Positions 12,270 through 25,892 of a stretch of 64,000 nucleotides of DNA are shown here, one piece after another (position 1 is the first letter of the stretch; each line of letters begins with the position of its first letter). The stretch is from contig JAAOMT010000570.1 of the NCBI GenBank assembly GCA_016748015.1, positions 252,043-316,042 on the forward strand, read 5' to 3'. Under the pieces are notes generated by a model. That model had not been told where the DNA came from. It did no database searches and saw only the letters and a program-made list of their open reading frames with translations. Made by a program: the position numbers and the translations under genes. This DNA comes from Geosiphon pyriformis uo1. Its lineage: Eukaryota; Fungi; Glomeromycota.

Positions 12270-14090
12270 GCTCTTACTTTGTACAATACTTCTTTGTGTG
12301 GTGCTTTCCCTAATGTTTTTAGAGCTGAGTCTGGTGTAACAATCCTGGACATTTTAGGCATGAGTAGTTATCTGGATGTGAAGAAGTCTCTTAAGAAATA
12401 TGGCCTCATTTTTGCCAACCAACTGTTGGATCACCACGGTGAGTGTTTCACTTGGAACACATTTCACAGATGGAAAAGGCTTAGTTCCAGGAGTTTTATT
12501 CCTACCTGGTTTGTTTCCGTTTCTGATTTTATTAAGTGCAGCGGTCTGAGCAACAACATAGTTGTGGCATGTCATTTTGCTCCTGGCAATATTGCTTGTA
12601 ATACTGGTTTTGTTTTTGAGTGGTTGCTTGCCTCCAAACATGGCTCCATTGAGGTGTACATGGATGGTTCTGTTAAGGGTTTGGGGTCTATAGATGCCTG
12701 TGGTAGTGCAGCTGCTTATTTTCCAAAAGCCAATGTAAGTATTGATGTAAGAGTTTTTGGTTTACTGTCTTCTACACTAGTGGAGCTGCAGGCCATTGCT
12801 TTAGTGTTGGAATGTATTCCTAACTCTAGCATGGTCATCTTGTTTATGAACAGTCAGACTTTACTGGATATATGCAAGTTTGAGGTGGGTGGTTTTGGTT
12901 CTGACTTTCAACACAAAAGTTGGATTAAGAAAAAGCATATTTGTCAAGCTATTTTAAATAAAAATTTGTCAGTCACATGGAGGAAAGTCAAAGGACATTC
13001 AGGAGTCATTGGAAATGAGCATGCAGATTTTTTTGCAAATACAGTAACCTTATCTAAATTTGTGTTGTCTCTAAGCATGCCTTGTCATTTCTTAAGTATG
13101 GAAAATAGACCTGTTTTTGGGAACACGTGTCATTTTGTTAGGAATTTGTTTGATGCTGTCAATTTTGTCAGTTAGGAGTCCAAATTTAGCACCAATATTG
13201 TTGATGCTAATTTTGCTGGCAACATCGACTCCTTTAAGTCCTTCAGTGTTTAGCACCCAGATAGTGGAATTTGCTCTGGTCACACCAGCTCATCTTCTGC
13301 TTTTCTATAAACCTACTTTATAAAATCTCTGCATCATCGCCTGCTGGTCGCCATAAGGAAAAGATTGTTTGATTCCAAATATCCTAGCATAATGTGCATT
13401 AGGTGTGAAATAGTTGAGGATTCTGATCACTTGTTTTTGTGTAAACATGACAATACTGCCAGGCTGAATATATTGTCGGTTATTGGTGTGGAGTGGTGTA
13501 AAATGACTGGTGTGCCTGCTGTGGGTAGTAGAGTTATACAATTCTTGAGTGAGACTGGGTCTTCTAATAACCTATATATGTTGTTAGCCAAGGGGTTTGT
13601 ACTGAAAAGTTAGATATCAGATGCTGTCTTGTGTCTTAGTTCGGCTTCTGGTGACAGCTTAATAGTCAAGCTGGTCTGTAATCTTGCTGAAAGTTACAGA
13701 TCTGATATTTAGATGTCTGCTGTTAAATTAAGAGCCTTCTATGAGAAGCACAATTTTTTGCCATATGATAGATTGGCCATGTTATTAATTAAAGATTTGT
13801 CAGAATTGTGGAATGCTGGTATCATCCACGATTTTGGTTTCAGACTGGATATTTATATGTGTTTTAGTTTGCATTCTTGCCTAACTAGGCTGGACTTTGG
13901 TTTTTTGAATAGTATATCTTTAACAGTTCCTGCATGTTCGTAGTGCTGCCTTGATTGGGCCAAGTGTCCGGTCACATGTAGAAAAGGCATAAGTCACATT
14001 TAATTTGAAATCTTCTTTGATTTTATGTACTTAGATAGTGATTGGACTGCACTTATTAAACCTGTAATAAAAAAATAAAATAAAATAAAA
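12270..14090 (+). mobile_element. LINE-a 3' part: RNase H, CCHC finger, 3' UTR and A-rich tail
   Basis: Motifs VYMDGS, ELQAIAL, KVKGHSG..GNEHAD and CIRC...EDSDHLFLC. ORF ends at ~13943. The tail TAATAAAAAAA(TAAAA)n lies at 14065-14090. Confidence 0.9.
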
Positions 14091-16150
14091 TTATTTTAAA
14101 CCTATTTTTTTTTGATTAAAAATAACTTTTTAATTAAAGCAAATATTTCCAAAATCTTGTATAAATATAAAATATTTTTATAAATATTATAAATAATATT
14201 TTTTGTATATACAAAAACATTTTCATTTTTGAAATTTTGAAAATAAATTTAATTTTTCTGTTGTTAGTTTCTTAATTAACAAAAATAAATAAATTTTTAA
14301 TTGAAAAACTTTTTATTCTTGATTTTTGTAAACTAATTTTTGATTAATTTGTTTAATTATTAAATATTTAATAAAATATACTAAATTAAATTTATTTTTT
14401 GTAATTAATCTGTTTAAAATATTAAATAAACCCAATTATTTTGTTGTTTTTAATTTTTTATAAATTTTTTATTAAATGATTAATACAAAAAATCTGGTAA
14501 AGTTAATTTTAATTGTTTTAATATTAATATTAAGATATATAATATATTATTTTCTATTTTAATTAAACTTTATATTATTATTTTGGTTTTAAAATACATA
14601 CTTAAGTTTAATATTATTAATATATATATTTAAATAATTAAACAATTTTAAATTTTTATAAATTTTTAAAATAAATATTAAATTAAAATTATATAATTAA
14701 TATTATTAATTTAAAGTTAAAAAACATTTTAATATTAAAAAATATAATAATTAATAATTTGATTAATATAATTTTAATTTTTAAATATAATATATATTTA
14801 AATATTAAAAAAAAATTATTAAAATAAATAATATTAGAATATTTAATAATACTTATTATAAAAACTTATATAATATTGTTATGAATTAAAGTAATAAACT
14901 AATAACTAGTAAGAAAAAACAAATTTTAAAGTAATAAAATGGATCAAAAAAAATTCAACTTCAAGAAATAAATTAAATAAGTATAAATTTAATATACAAA
15001 ATTAGTTTTATAAAATATTTTAATTACTATTTTTTTCAAAAGATAACTAGAAAATTTAAAAGTAAAGAAATAGTTTATACTGTTAACAAATAATAATACA
15101 TTATTATAATTTTATGTTTTATATTAATGTTCTTAAAATTCAATATTAAATATTAAATGTATTTTTTATTTCTATTTTATTTAATAATTTTCAAATAATA
15201 CAATTATACAGACAAAAAATAAATAAATAAATGCCAACAAGTAATTTTTTATTTTAAAATATTTAAATACTTAAAAATAGAAAAAAAATATAAGTAATAT
15301 AAGAAAAATTAAAATAATAATTATTATCTTATTTTTTTTGATTATATTCTTCTATAATTAAAATTTTTATTACTTATATAAATATTAAAAGTAGTCAACA
15401 ATCAGATTAATAACTAGGTCAATAATTAAGTTAATAATTAGATTATTTATTAGATTAATGGTCAAATTATTAATCAGATTAATAATTACTGTTTAAAAAT
15501 AGTTAATTATATATAATAATTAATAAAAACTATAAATTTTACTTATAACAATATTATTAATTATTTTTAATAAAAATTTTTTGTAATTTTAAATATATTA
15601 ATACAATTTTGGTTTAAAATATAAACTGGTTTAAGTTTTTAATACTTAAATAAAAATTTTAAATTTGGTTTACAAAAAAAATAAAAATTGGTATTTTGTT
15701 AATAATTATAATTAAAAAAAATAAAAAATAAAAAATAAAAACAGATTTTGTTTATTTTAGTTGAATTTAAATATGTTTTTTTGTCTAAAATTCTTAATTT
15801 TTATCTTTTTTTTAATTAAAATTACTTATATATATATATTTTTTTTTAGTTCTATAAAGTAGTTTTTAAATATCTAATATTTTTATTATCTTTTATATTA
15901 TTTTGTTATTATTAATTATAAATTATTATTACATATTATTTTGTATTATTGTTGATTATTTAATAATATTTTTGATTATTTTATATTATTATTATTTATT
16001 TTTTTAATTATATTATAATAAAATATAGTCTTATTACTAATTAAAATATAAAATATAAAGATTTTAAAATAACTGTAATTTATGTATTGTTTATATATAA
16101 TTAATTATTTAAGTTTATTAAAACTATATTATTAACAAAATTAAATATAT
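14091..16150. other. Extremely AT-rich eroded region, left part; continuous with 34747-35675 before D inserted
   Basis: Almost no G/C and no ORFs; contains a decayed solo LTR. Confidence 0.8.
14877..15550 (-). repeat. Old solo LTR of the D family
   Basis: Colinear with 16151-16795 but more AT-rich; TGTTA...TAACA; ATAT on both sides (14873-76, 15551-54). Confidence 0.85.
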
Positions 16151-16795
16151 TGTTACAGGTTGAAGTAACAAGCTAATAGATAGCAAGAGAGAACAAGATT
16201 GTAGGATAATAAAAAAAATCAAAGAGAATTCAATTTCAAAGAGCAAATTGAATAAGTATAAATTCAATATGTGAGATTAGTTTCATAAAATATCTCAGTT
16301 ACTATACTTTTTAAAAGATAACCAAGAAATCTAAAGGTAGAGAGATAATTCATACTGTCAACAAATAATCACATACTAGTATAATTTTATGTCTTATGTC
16401 GGTGCTCTTAGAATTCAATATTAGGTATCAGATGTACTTTTCAGTCATGTTTTTATTCAATAATTTTTAAATGCTGCAATTACACATTTCAGAAAAAGAG
16501 TAAAAAATAACCAACAAGTAATCTTTTATTTCAAGATGTTCAGATACTTAAAGATAAGAAAAGAAAAATTAGTGATAAGAAAATAATTGAGATAAAAGTT
16601 GTTATTTTATTTTTTTTATTTTTTTTTATTTTTACATATTTTTTTATAGCTAAGAGATTTATCACTTATATAGTTATCAAAAGTGGTCAATAATTAGGTC
16701 AATGATTACTATTTAAAAATACAGTGGCTAATTATATGATATCAGTGGCTAATACATGTGATAATTAATAAAAAGTATAGGTTTCAACTATAACA
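16151..16795 (-). repeat. 3' LTR of D (645 bp)
   Basis: Matches 33995-34746 except for a shorter 12-bp array. Confidence 0.92.
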
Positions 16796-16796
16796 T

Positions 16797-17658
16797 TGTT
16801 ACAAATGATTATTTGGGGTTTTAAATCAAATAACAAACTCATAACTTGGTGCTTAATTGATTTAATGATGTTGATTTCTGAAGATTTTTGTGATTGGAAG
16901 ATTTTGGTTAAGTTTTTTGTATAATGGACAGAGATTTAATAGTGTTTTAGTAGCCTTCTAGAATTGCAATTTCATCAAATTTTTTTCTCAGCATAGTGAT
17001 CAGTAATCTGGCAGAAATGCTCTTTTAGTAAGTTATCATTAAATTATCAATTTTATACTTTTTTTTTAGAGTCTTTTACCAGACTATCCTTGATTTCAAT
17101 AACTCAGCATTTTACTCTTTAACTTCAATTAGTAAACAAAAAAAAAATAACCAAAAAAAATAAAAAAAAATAAAAAAAAAATAAAGAAATAAGCCAAGAC
17201 AATAAATTTTAGTATCCTGTCAATAGCTGTAATCAAGAGTTATTGTTCTAGTGTGGTTAAGTATTAATTACTATCAACACTTCATGTTGATAGTAGGGAA
17301 TAGATTAAGATAGTGAATAATTATTTATTGATATTTGTGAATAGAAAAGTTGTTTAGATCAAATCTAAACTAAGAGGTCTTTCTTTTTTCTTTCTAATAT
17401 TACCACTATATATACATAATTAAGATTCCTCAATTTCTCAATTCTTTACACCAGAAATCCTGGAAATCCTAGAATCCTGCAATTTTTTTGAGAGGAATCC
17501 TGCAATTCTGGAATTTTGCAATTCCACATATAAAAATTCTGAAATTCTTGGAATCTTGCAATTCCTCTGAGAAGAATTCTGAAATTCCATATTTATTACA
17601 TCTATCTTTAATTGGCTATTTTATATGCTAATATACTTTCTATATTCTACAAGTAACA
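16797..17658 (-). repeat. 3' LTR of B
   Basis: TGTTAC...GTAACA, pairs with 25893-26753. Confidence 0.93.
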
Positions 17659-17671
17659 TTATTCTCTCTTT

Positions 17672-18300
17672 TTAATATTGAGCTCTATTAAGATCTTCTA
17701 ATTCTAATTCTCTATTTTTAAGTATTTCTTGAACTTTTTTTTTAAGAATTATTTGTGTTATCTTGTACTATAATTCTTCAAATTGGACATTAGTTATTTT
17801 TTCTATTTGGTTAATGATAATGGAGTCTATTGCTGAATTAAGTAAGATTTTAGATCAGTCTTAAAATCCAATTTGTAATCAATAAATGGCTCATGCTTGT
17901 GTGATTAGATTGTTCTTTCCACAAATTGTTCAAGTTGTTGTAATATCTTTGGATCGAATAATCATTTTGTCTTATCTGTATATAAGTTTCGGATATTTAA
18001 ATATTGTTCCAAGTGGAAATAACAAAAGTTTCTCAGAAATTGTTGTATTCATTACTTCTAAGTTTCTTTAGTCACTTCTTGATATAAAGTAATACTTGTT
18101 GGCTTCTCTATTACCAATTTTATTTTTAAAATTAATTTGTTGACAGTGCTTTCTGGTTTCTTCTGTACTTTGTATTGGCATATTTTCTTGGTATTCTAGT
18201 ATTAAATGGTTTGTTGGTTAATAGTAATTTCCATATTCTGTTGTTGAATCAGTTGGAAAAGTTGTTGTGCCAGTGTGTATATGTTGTCTGTAATTTATAT
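17672..18300 (-). pseudogene. ORF3 of B
   Basis: Colinear at the nucleotide level with A 2998-3627; start codon eroded. Confidence 0.7.
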
Positions 18301-18355
18301 TTTTTTTTGTTGCCTTTGTTGCATATACTGTGTTTTTATATATTCTTTTAATTGT

Positions 18356-19738
18356 TTAATTTGATGTGTTTGGTTCAATAATTATGATTGGTTCCAGATT
18401 TTGTAGAATATTATCTGATTGGACTAGTATTTTTTGTACTTCCAGTTGTGGAATATTACTGGTAAATGCTAATGCTATATTGTAATATAGTTTTAGTCAA
18501 TCTCTATGTGTTGCTTTGGTTAAGATTTTGTTGTTCAACTTTAATTTATAAGCTCTATTTTCAAGAATTTCTTCTATGTAAAATGGTCCATCCCATTTGG
18601 TGTCAAATTTTTTATTCCATTGTTTTTCTACTTTGGTATAATATAAAAGTACTTTGTCTCCAATTTTGAATTTGACTGGTTTATCTAGTAATTAGTTATT
18701 GTGTCTTTCTTTTTGTTTTTCTTGTGACTTTTAGATGTTATCAACTGCTCTTTGCTATTTGTTTTCTAATGTTTTTATTAAGTCATATGATTTTTTCAAC
18801 AATGTTCTTTGAAAATTTTCTTTTGTTATTGGTTCTGTTGAATATGTTTTTACTTCTATCTTAACTGGTAATGTTGCTGTTCTACTATATACTAATTCAA
18901 ATGATGTTGCTTATATAGTGTCTTGTTTCATTGTCCGATAAACAAATAATATTGATGATATAAACAAATTCCATTTGTCCTGGTTTTTTTGGCTGATTTT
19001 GGCTATTGCTTTACACAATGTTCTGTTAAATCTTTTAACTAACCCATTTGTTTGTAGATGGTATGGTAATGATAATAGTCTTTTAATTTCAAATCTTTGA
19101 CTTAGTTCTGCTAATGTTTTATTCACAAAATAAGTTCCTTAATCAAATAACAATTCTTTTAGACATTTATGTTAGCAGATTAAATCTTGATAAATGAATT
19201 CAGCAATAAATTCTGCATCTGCTTTTTAAATGGCTTTTGCTTTTGGCCATTTTGTAAGATAGTTTATGGCTACTGCAATATATCTGTTGTCTCTGTTGGT
19301 TATAATTAATGGTCTAACTAAGTCAATTTTGATGTGATTAAATGGTTGTTTTACTTTGATTGGTCTCAATGGCTTACTGGGTTTTGTTTCTTCTCTTTTC
19401 TGACAAGCATCACAATTTTGAACATATTGAATAATGTCTAAATACATAGATGGCCAATAGTATCTTTTTCTGATTCTTTTTATGGTTGCTTTTTTGTGAA
19501 AATGTCCTGCTGTTAAATCTGAGTGCATGTTGAATAATATTGTCTTTTTCTCTGGTTCTGTGATTATCCTGGTTGGTTGATCTGGATTTCTTTTATTCTT
19601 CTAGTAAAGTATATTTTAATGGTTGATAAAATATTTTGATTGTTGTTTTATGTTGTGTTGTTGCTTTTGAAATAATTTCTTCTTGAATTATTGAGTATTT
19701 ATATAGTGCTAAAGTTGTTAATATTTTTGTGCATTCAT
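18356..19738 (-). pseudogene. Integrase of B
   Basis: Starts MNAQKY; motifs HSDLTAGHF...CDACQ, QTNGLVKRFNRTL, KWDGPF. Confidence 0.9.
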
Positions 19739-19800
19739 CTTTTGTTATATTTTTGTTTTCAATTGTTTAAATTTTGTTATATTTTTGGGTTGAAATGTTC

Positions 19801-22800
19801 TCAGATTTGTTTTATTCTCGACAAACTGTCAGCATTTCCATTTTTTTTTCCTTTTTTGTAATGTATTGCATAATTAAATGGTAAAAGCTCTATTTTTTAT
19901 CTGACATAATGATCATTTTCAAATTTTTGCTTTTGGATTGAAGTCAGTCTTTTATGATCAGTGTATATGTTAAACTTTTGACTTAAGTATTTTTTCCATT
20001 TTATAACTGCCCAATAGATTGCTAAGTGTTCCAATGCTGGTGTTCCATAGTTTTTTTTAGCTGGACTTAAGCTGCAGCTAGCATATACTACTAAGTGTTC
20101 TCTTTTATCTGGTCTTTTCTGAGATAGTACTGCTCCTAGTGCTTAACCCAACATATAAATGGCTTGCTATGGTCTAAATAGATTAATACTGGGACTTGAA
20201 TAAGTTTTCTTTTCAGTATGTTAAAGGCTTTTTGTTGGGTTTTAATTTATTCATATTTGGTGTTCTTTGTTTAGAGTTGATATAGTGGTTAAGCTATTTT
20301 GGAAAAGTCTTTAATAAAGTAGCAGTAGTATTTAGCAAATCCCAAGAATACTTTTAATTCTGTAAAATTATTTGATACTAAAAAGTTTTTAACAATCTTA
20401 ATCTTATCTGGATCCGTTTTGATATCATCTTTGCTTACAACATATTCCAAAAACTTGAGTTCAGTTTTTCTGAAAAAACACTTGGTTGCATTTAATTTTA
20501 ATCTGGTTTTTCTTAGTCTTTCAAATACTTATTGAAGATAGTATAAATAATCATTGAATGTTTTGGAGAACATATTAGTGTTATTCAGATATATAACTAC
20601 TGATTTTCATAGCAGTCCAGTATAAATAATTTTCATGAGCCATTGAAATATGGCTGGAGCATTCATTAAGCCAAATGGCATAACTTCAAATTCAAAATTT
20701 TTTTCTTGAGTTGTAAAAGCTGTTTTCTTTTTGTCTTCTGGTTTTATGGCTACTTGTCAGTAACTACTGTCTAAGTCTAAAGTTGAGAACCATTTTTTTT
20801 TCCAAAAGTGTCAAACAGTTCTTGAATCTTTGGAGTCAGGTAGCTATCTCTTTTTGTTACTCTATTCAGTTTCTAATAATCTACACAAAGCAGATTTTCT
20901 CATTTTTCTTATGGACTAATACCACTGGTAATGACTATAGGCTTATTGATAACTAAATTAGCCTGTTTTCTAGCATCCAATTGATTTCTTGATGAATGAT
21001 CTTATGGCTGGCTGGTGGTATTTGGTATGTTTTTTGCTTAATTGGCATTGTATTCCCAGTTTTTAGCTGATGTTAGATGATATTAGTTCTGCCAAATTCA
21101 TTTTCACTGGCAAAGATGTCATTGAAGTTGTTGAGTAATATCTTAAGCTGTATATGTTGTAGTGGATCTAAATTTCCCAAGTTTATCTGTTTCAATTGTT
21201 CTGGTTGGAGCAGATAACATTTTTTTTGTCTGTATATTGTTTGTAATATGATATTCACATATCCACACAGTTGTAGAAAGTCTGAAATGGGGTTGGGTAA
21301 TTGTTCTTCAACTTCAATGCTTAAATATCTGATAGTAGTTTTTTTTGGTATCTTAAGAACATTTTCTGTTGTATTGTAGATGAGAATTTTTATATGTTTC
21401 GGGCTTTTGGCTGGTATGTAAAGATTGGTAAATCCAATTTTTCTTGATTTACATATAGTAGTTTCTGCCTCAAAAATCTGAGCTTGATCTTTTACTTCCC
21501 TTTTTATGGTTAATATGTACTAGTTATATAGTGAAATGGAAATTGATTGACAGTTGGAGATAATTTTTTTCTTGTTAATAACTTTTTCCTTTGTCATATT
21601 AACTGGTACATCTATTTTATCTGTGGATCCAAATCTCTGTATCCCTTTAGCTGTCATCCTTAATTTTTTCTTTTTTTTCTACTGACACTAATTGAGCTAT
21701 TTTAACCAGAGGCAGAAATATTGCCTATGCTATCTTTTTATTTGGCTCTATGATATAGGTCTTTTCCAAATTATTTTGTAGCATTACAATAATATTTTTT
21801 ATGTATTCTGCATCAATTATTCCTCCTCTGATGTTAATTCTCTTTTTCACTAAACTACCCCTAAATACTAATTGAACTATTGTTGTTGCTGGAATTTCCA
21901 GTGCTATTTTAAGATCAATGCAAGTGTGCAAGTGCAGTTCCAACTTGATAGCATTTTTTTCTGGATATCTCAGATTAAATCCAGTATTTGTATTATGTAC
22001 ACATTCTGGCATGATAGCTTCATTGTTGTCACTGAACTATCTGAATTCTTGCTCCTTAAAGAGATCAAAAAACATGATGTATTGTTTAGAGTTTGAATCA
22101 TTATTGTTATTGCTGTTGCCATTTTGAACTGAGCTGGAACTGTTGTTGTTATTATTATTGGGGTTTGAATTGGGATTGAAAGTTGATTCCAATTCTGATG
22201 TGTAGCTGCTGATTGGTTCTTTTTCTTTTAAGATCATATAGATTATGGATAGTAGTGAATTGTAAATAAAGTTATACTTATTACAATATTGGAAGTCATA
22301 TGAGATCAAACAGTGGTCATATAATTGGATGTTTATTTTTTCCAAGTGCTGTTTTTGCTCTTTTTTTGTTAGTGCTAAACTCTGGTAATGCTCATAGAAT
22401 TCCTCTGAACCTGTCTCAATATCTAAGAATGTGTCTAAATTGGGAATAAAGATAATATCAACTGGTTCTGAAGGGTTGTTTTTTATTTCCAGAATCTTAC
22501 TGGCTGAAGTGTCTTTTACTTTGGCATTGGCTATTCACCAAATCTCATTCTTATTGTGTGAATAACTGTCCAAGTAAGAGATTGCTTGGTGCCAGACTGC
22601 AGTAATAGGTATGTCATGACTAACCCAGTCACTTATAAGAATTGTGTACTGGCATGAAGCATTATATGTTTCTCCTTAACCAGAAATATCATTCCATATT
22701 TTTTCATTGAGTAGCTGTTCTCCACAAGTAAGACATGATTTGTTGTCTTACTTGCCTTGTTGTTTTGGGTAGTTATAGTATTCTCTATAATATGGCTTGC

Positions 22801-25800
22801 AATAATAATGTGTTCTGGTCCAGTAGTCTTTGTCAGGTGCTATTTATGCTTTCATAGAGGACAGCTTTTTCTTGTAGTTCTTATATTTGAGTGGAATATA
22901 TGGTGGTTTTTGGATGAGTTCATGTGAATATGACTGTTCTTAGCCACTAGTTATTTTTTCTGTAGCTGTGGTTTGTATTTTCCAGTTTTTTTTTTTCCTT
23001 GCCTTTTCCCTTTTCTTCTCAACTTAAGATTGGTGGCAGTTTATTGTGGTCTTTATTGGCCCAGAAAATTTGGTAAGCTTCTCAAGTGGGTTTTTTCTTT
23101 TTTTCTTCGAATGTAATTAGTAGTGATACAATGGTTGGCTTAAAGTGTCCACAGATTGCTAGTACTTATGTATAGTGACCATTTTGGTTGAGCTAGAGCT
23201 CTTGCATCATCCAGTTAAGTACAGCATTGGTTTTGACAAGCCAGTCATTATCAATGAGAGCTTGATACTAGGTGGCTTTCATTACTAGAACTTTGATTGG
23301 TGTAGTGATGCCATTAACTTCAAAGAAAAAGTCATTAATCTTGCTGATATGAGTCTTTGTGGCTCTATCAGCCATAATAATTCTGGCATCGGCAGTGCAA
23401 TCAACTTGGCAACCTAATTGGTCCATGAATTGTCATGTAATAATGCTGCCAGTTAATCCACTGTTTAGAATTAGTTTGATAGAGTGGCCATCAACTTTGA
23501 TATCAGTGTATATTGTGGTAATGGGTTTGGTATTGAGGGTGGTTTCACTAAATAATGAAATTGGTATTGTTTCCTCAAGTTCAAAAAAAAAAATTGCTGT
23601 TAGAAATTTATTGTTGGTGACAGTAGCTGGAGGTATATTGCTGATAAGTGGTTGTTTTTGGTTGAATTCTGTGTTGTTGGATAAGACATCTTCTGAAGTT
23701 ATCAGAAGACTTAAATAGTGTTGAGAATTTAGGTTTTAGATGTATCTGGTTCCTGAACTTTACTGACATGCTTCTGATTGTTGGGTGAATAAACTGGAGA
23801 TTAGTTGATGAACAATTATTGCTGATCTCCAGTTTTGTTAAATGGATCTCAGTCTTTGGTTTCCATGTGACATCAGAGTTAAATTTTGTGGTGTGTTTAA
23901 ATTTGCTGAGATTGGTATATTACTTGTGATTGCAGTTGATATATTACAGATACCAAAGTCTAATATATTGGTGGTTGATATATTGGTTGCTGCATCATTG
24001 ATAGATAATTCTGATGATATGGTTCTAGGTTTGGTTGGTAACTTGGAGTTTAAAACTGACAATCAGGGTTTTGGTATTGATTTCCCAATCATTGGTTGCT
24101 TATCTTTTTGCAACATTGAAATTGCAGATGTTTTTGTTTACCACAATAGTAGCAAACATGCATTTCCAGTTGCCATTGTTGATTGGTCAATGATGATAGA
24201 TGTGGTTGATTTTGGATGCAATTAGAGTTTTCTTGATTATTGCATTGTTAAAAAAGTTAATAAATTGCCTGATTGTTGTTAGCTAAGTATTCCTCTAATT
24301 TCTGATTGATTAATTTACTGAATTGCTTCAATTTGGAATCTAAGTTAGATAATCTGTTCATCACTAGATTTACAGCTTGGACATAATTGGTTTCAAGTTT
24401 GGTGAATTCAAAATCTCGTGCATTGGTAACTGTGTCTTGGAAAGTTTGCAGATGCATTAAATGTATGTGTTGGAGAAAGCTACTGTGTAGTCCACAAATG
24501 AACTAGTTCAGAATTTGTGGTGCTGTAAAGTAATTTGTGTTAATTGCTTGTATTTGGTGCAAATTTCTATAAAAGCATCCTAGGTAAGTAGTGACTGCTT
24601 CAGTTTTCCCTTGCTTAATAGTAGTAAAAATATTGGCTAAGTAGTTAATGCTATTATTATTGCTGAAATATTATAGGAATGCAAGCTTGAATGCATTGAA
24701 ATTTTGGGATTTGTTAACCAAGCTTTGATACCACAAGTCAGTAATATTCTGGAAAAAATATGGAATGGCTTGCATGGCTCTGGTGTCATTCTATCTATTG
24801 GCTGTAATGGCTTTTTCAACATTATTTAGCCATACTTGAGCATCGTTTTCTTTGCCTGTGAACTTTTTGAGTTTTGCTATTGAGGCGTAGGCCATTTGAT
24901 CTAAGTTTGATTGTTGTTGTTGTTGTTGGTTAATTGAATTTGAAATTGTAATAGTGGTTGTTGTAGTGTAGTAACTGGTAATAAGTTGATGACAATTATT
25001 GGGAATAAGTATTGTTAATTATTAATGTTGGGATTTGGATCATTCTGATTTTGCTGATTATTGGAGTTGAGATGATTCTGATTTTTCTGAGTTTAAATAT
25101 TCAGGGTTTCAACTTCTGGGTTTTCTATAATTGGATTTTAGTAATTAAATTCCTGATTGTTGTTTTTCTCTTCTTCTGATTTGGTTATTTTCTAAGGACT
25201 TGTGGTTTCAAAATCTGGTTGAGGTGGCAGTGAGCAAAATCCTAATGGGATTGGGAATCATAATTTGAATCCTTCAAAATAATTGTCATAAGTTTCCAAT
25301 AGTTCTGCTTTCTTTTGTTTACTTTAAAATAGAAGTTGTCCAAATGTTGATGTCACGTTTGATGTAGACACATCTGCTAATGTAATATTGATAGTATTTC
25401 TAGGTGTGTAATAATATAATATATATAGTAGAGATTCAATTCTTTGTTTTTTCCACATTGGTAATTGTATTTTTTTTGGAGTTGTTGCTGGTGTTTGTAA
25501 CTTTCTTTTACCCTTATCTGCATAGGTAATGGGGAATTGTTGTTGAGTGTATCTTTCAATTTTTTGATTAATTTCTCTGATGATTGGTGCAAAACTGTGA
25601 TTTTATGGTAAGCTGATATGTTGAATTAGTTCTGTATAGAAATTTTCTCTTGCTGACTTAATGTCAACTGGTCTCCCCAGAAAATTTGTGATTCTTTTAT
25701 TGATGTAAAAGTTGAAGACTGATTTCACTGGATAATAGTTGTTGATTAAGCCCAATTGTTAGCTGTACTGTTGAAATAAGGATTTAGCAAATTCTAAATG

Positions 25801-25830
25801 GTTTGTTTCTATTATTTCTGATTTTGCCAC
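19801..25830 (-). pseudogene. gag-PR-dUTPase-RT-RNaseH of B, heavily decayed
   Basis: Fragments homologous to A; dUTPase at ~21620-22012 (TGFNL, RGGIIDAEY, GFGST). Confidence 0.88.
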
Positions 25831-25892
25831 TTTTAGATGATTGTTGTTAGTGCTGGTTCTCTGTAAGATTATACCTTACAGGGAGCACTAAA

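Noticed and set aside
23359-24225. Antisense ORFs opposite gag/pol (many in the track)
   Set aside because: Shadow frames of A-rich coding strands, with no motifs and no conservation between A and B.
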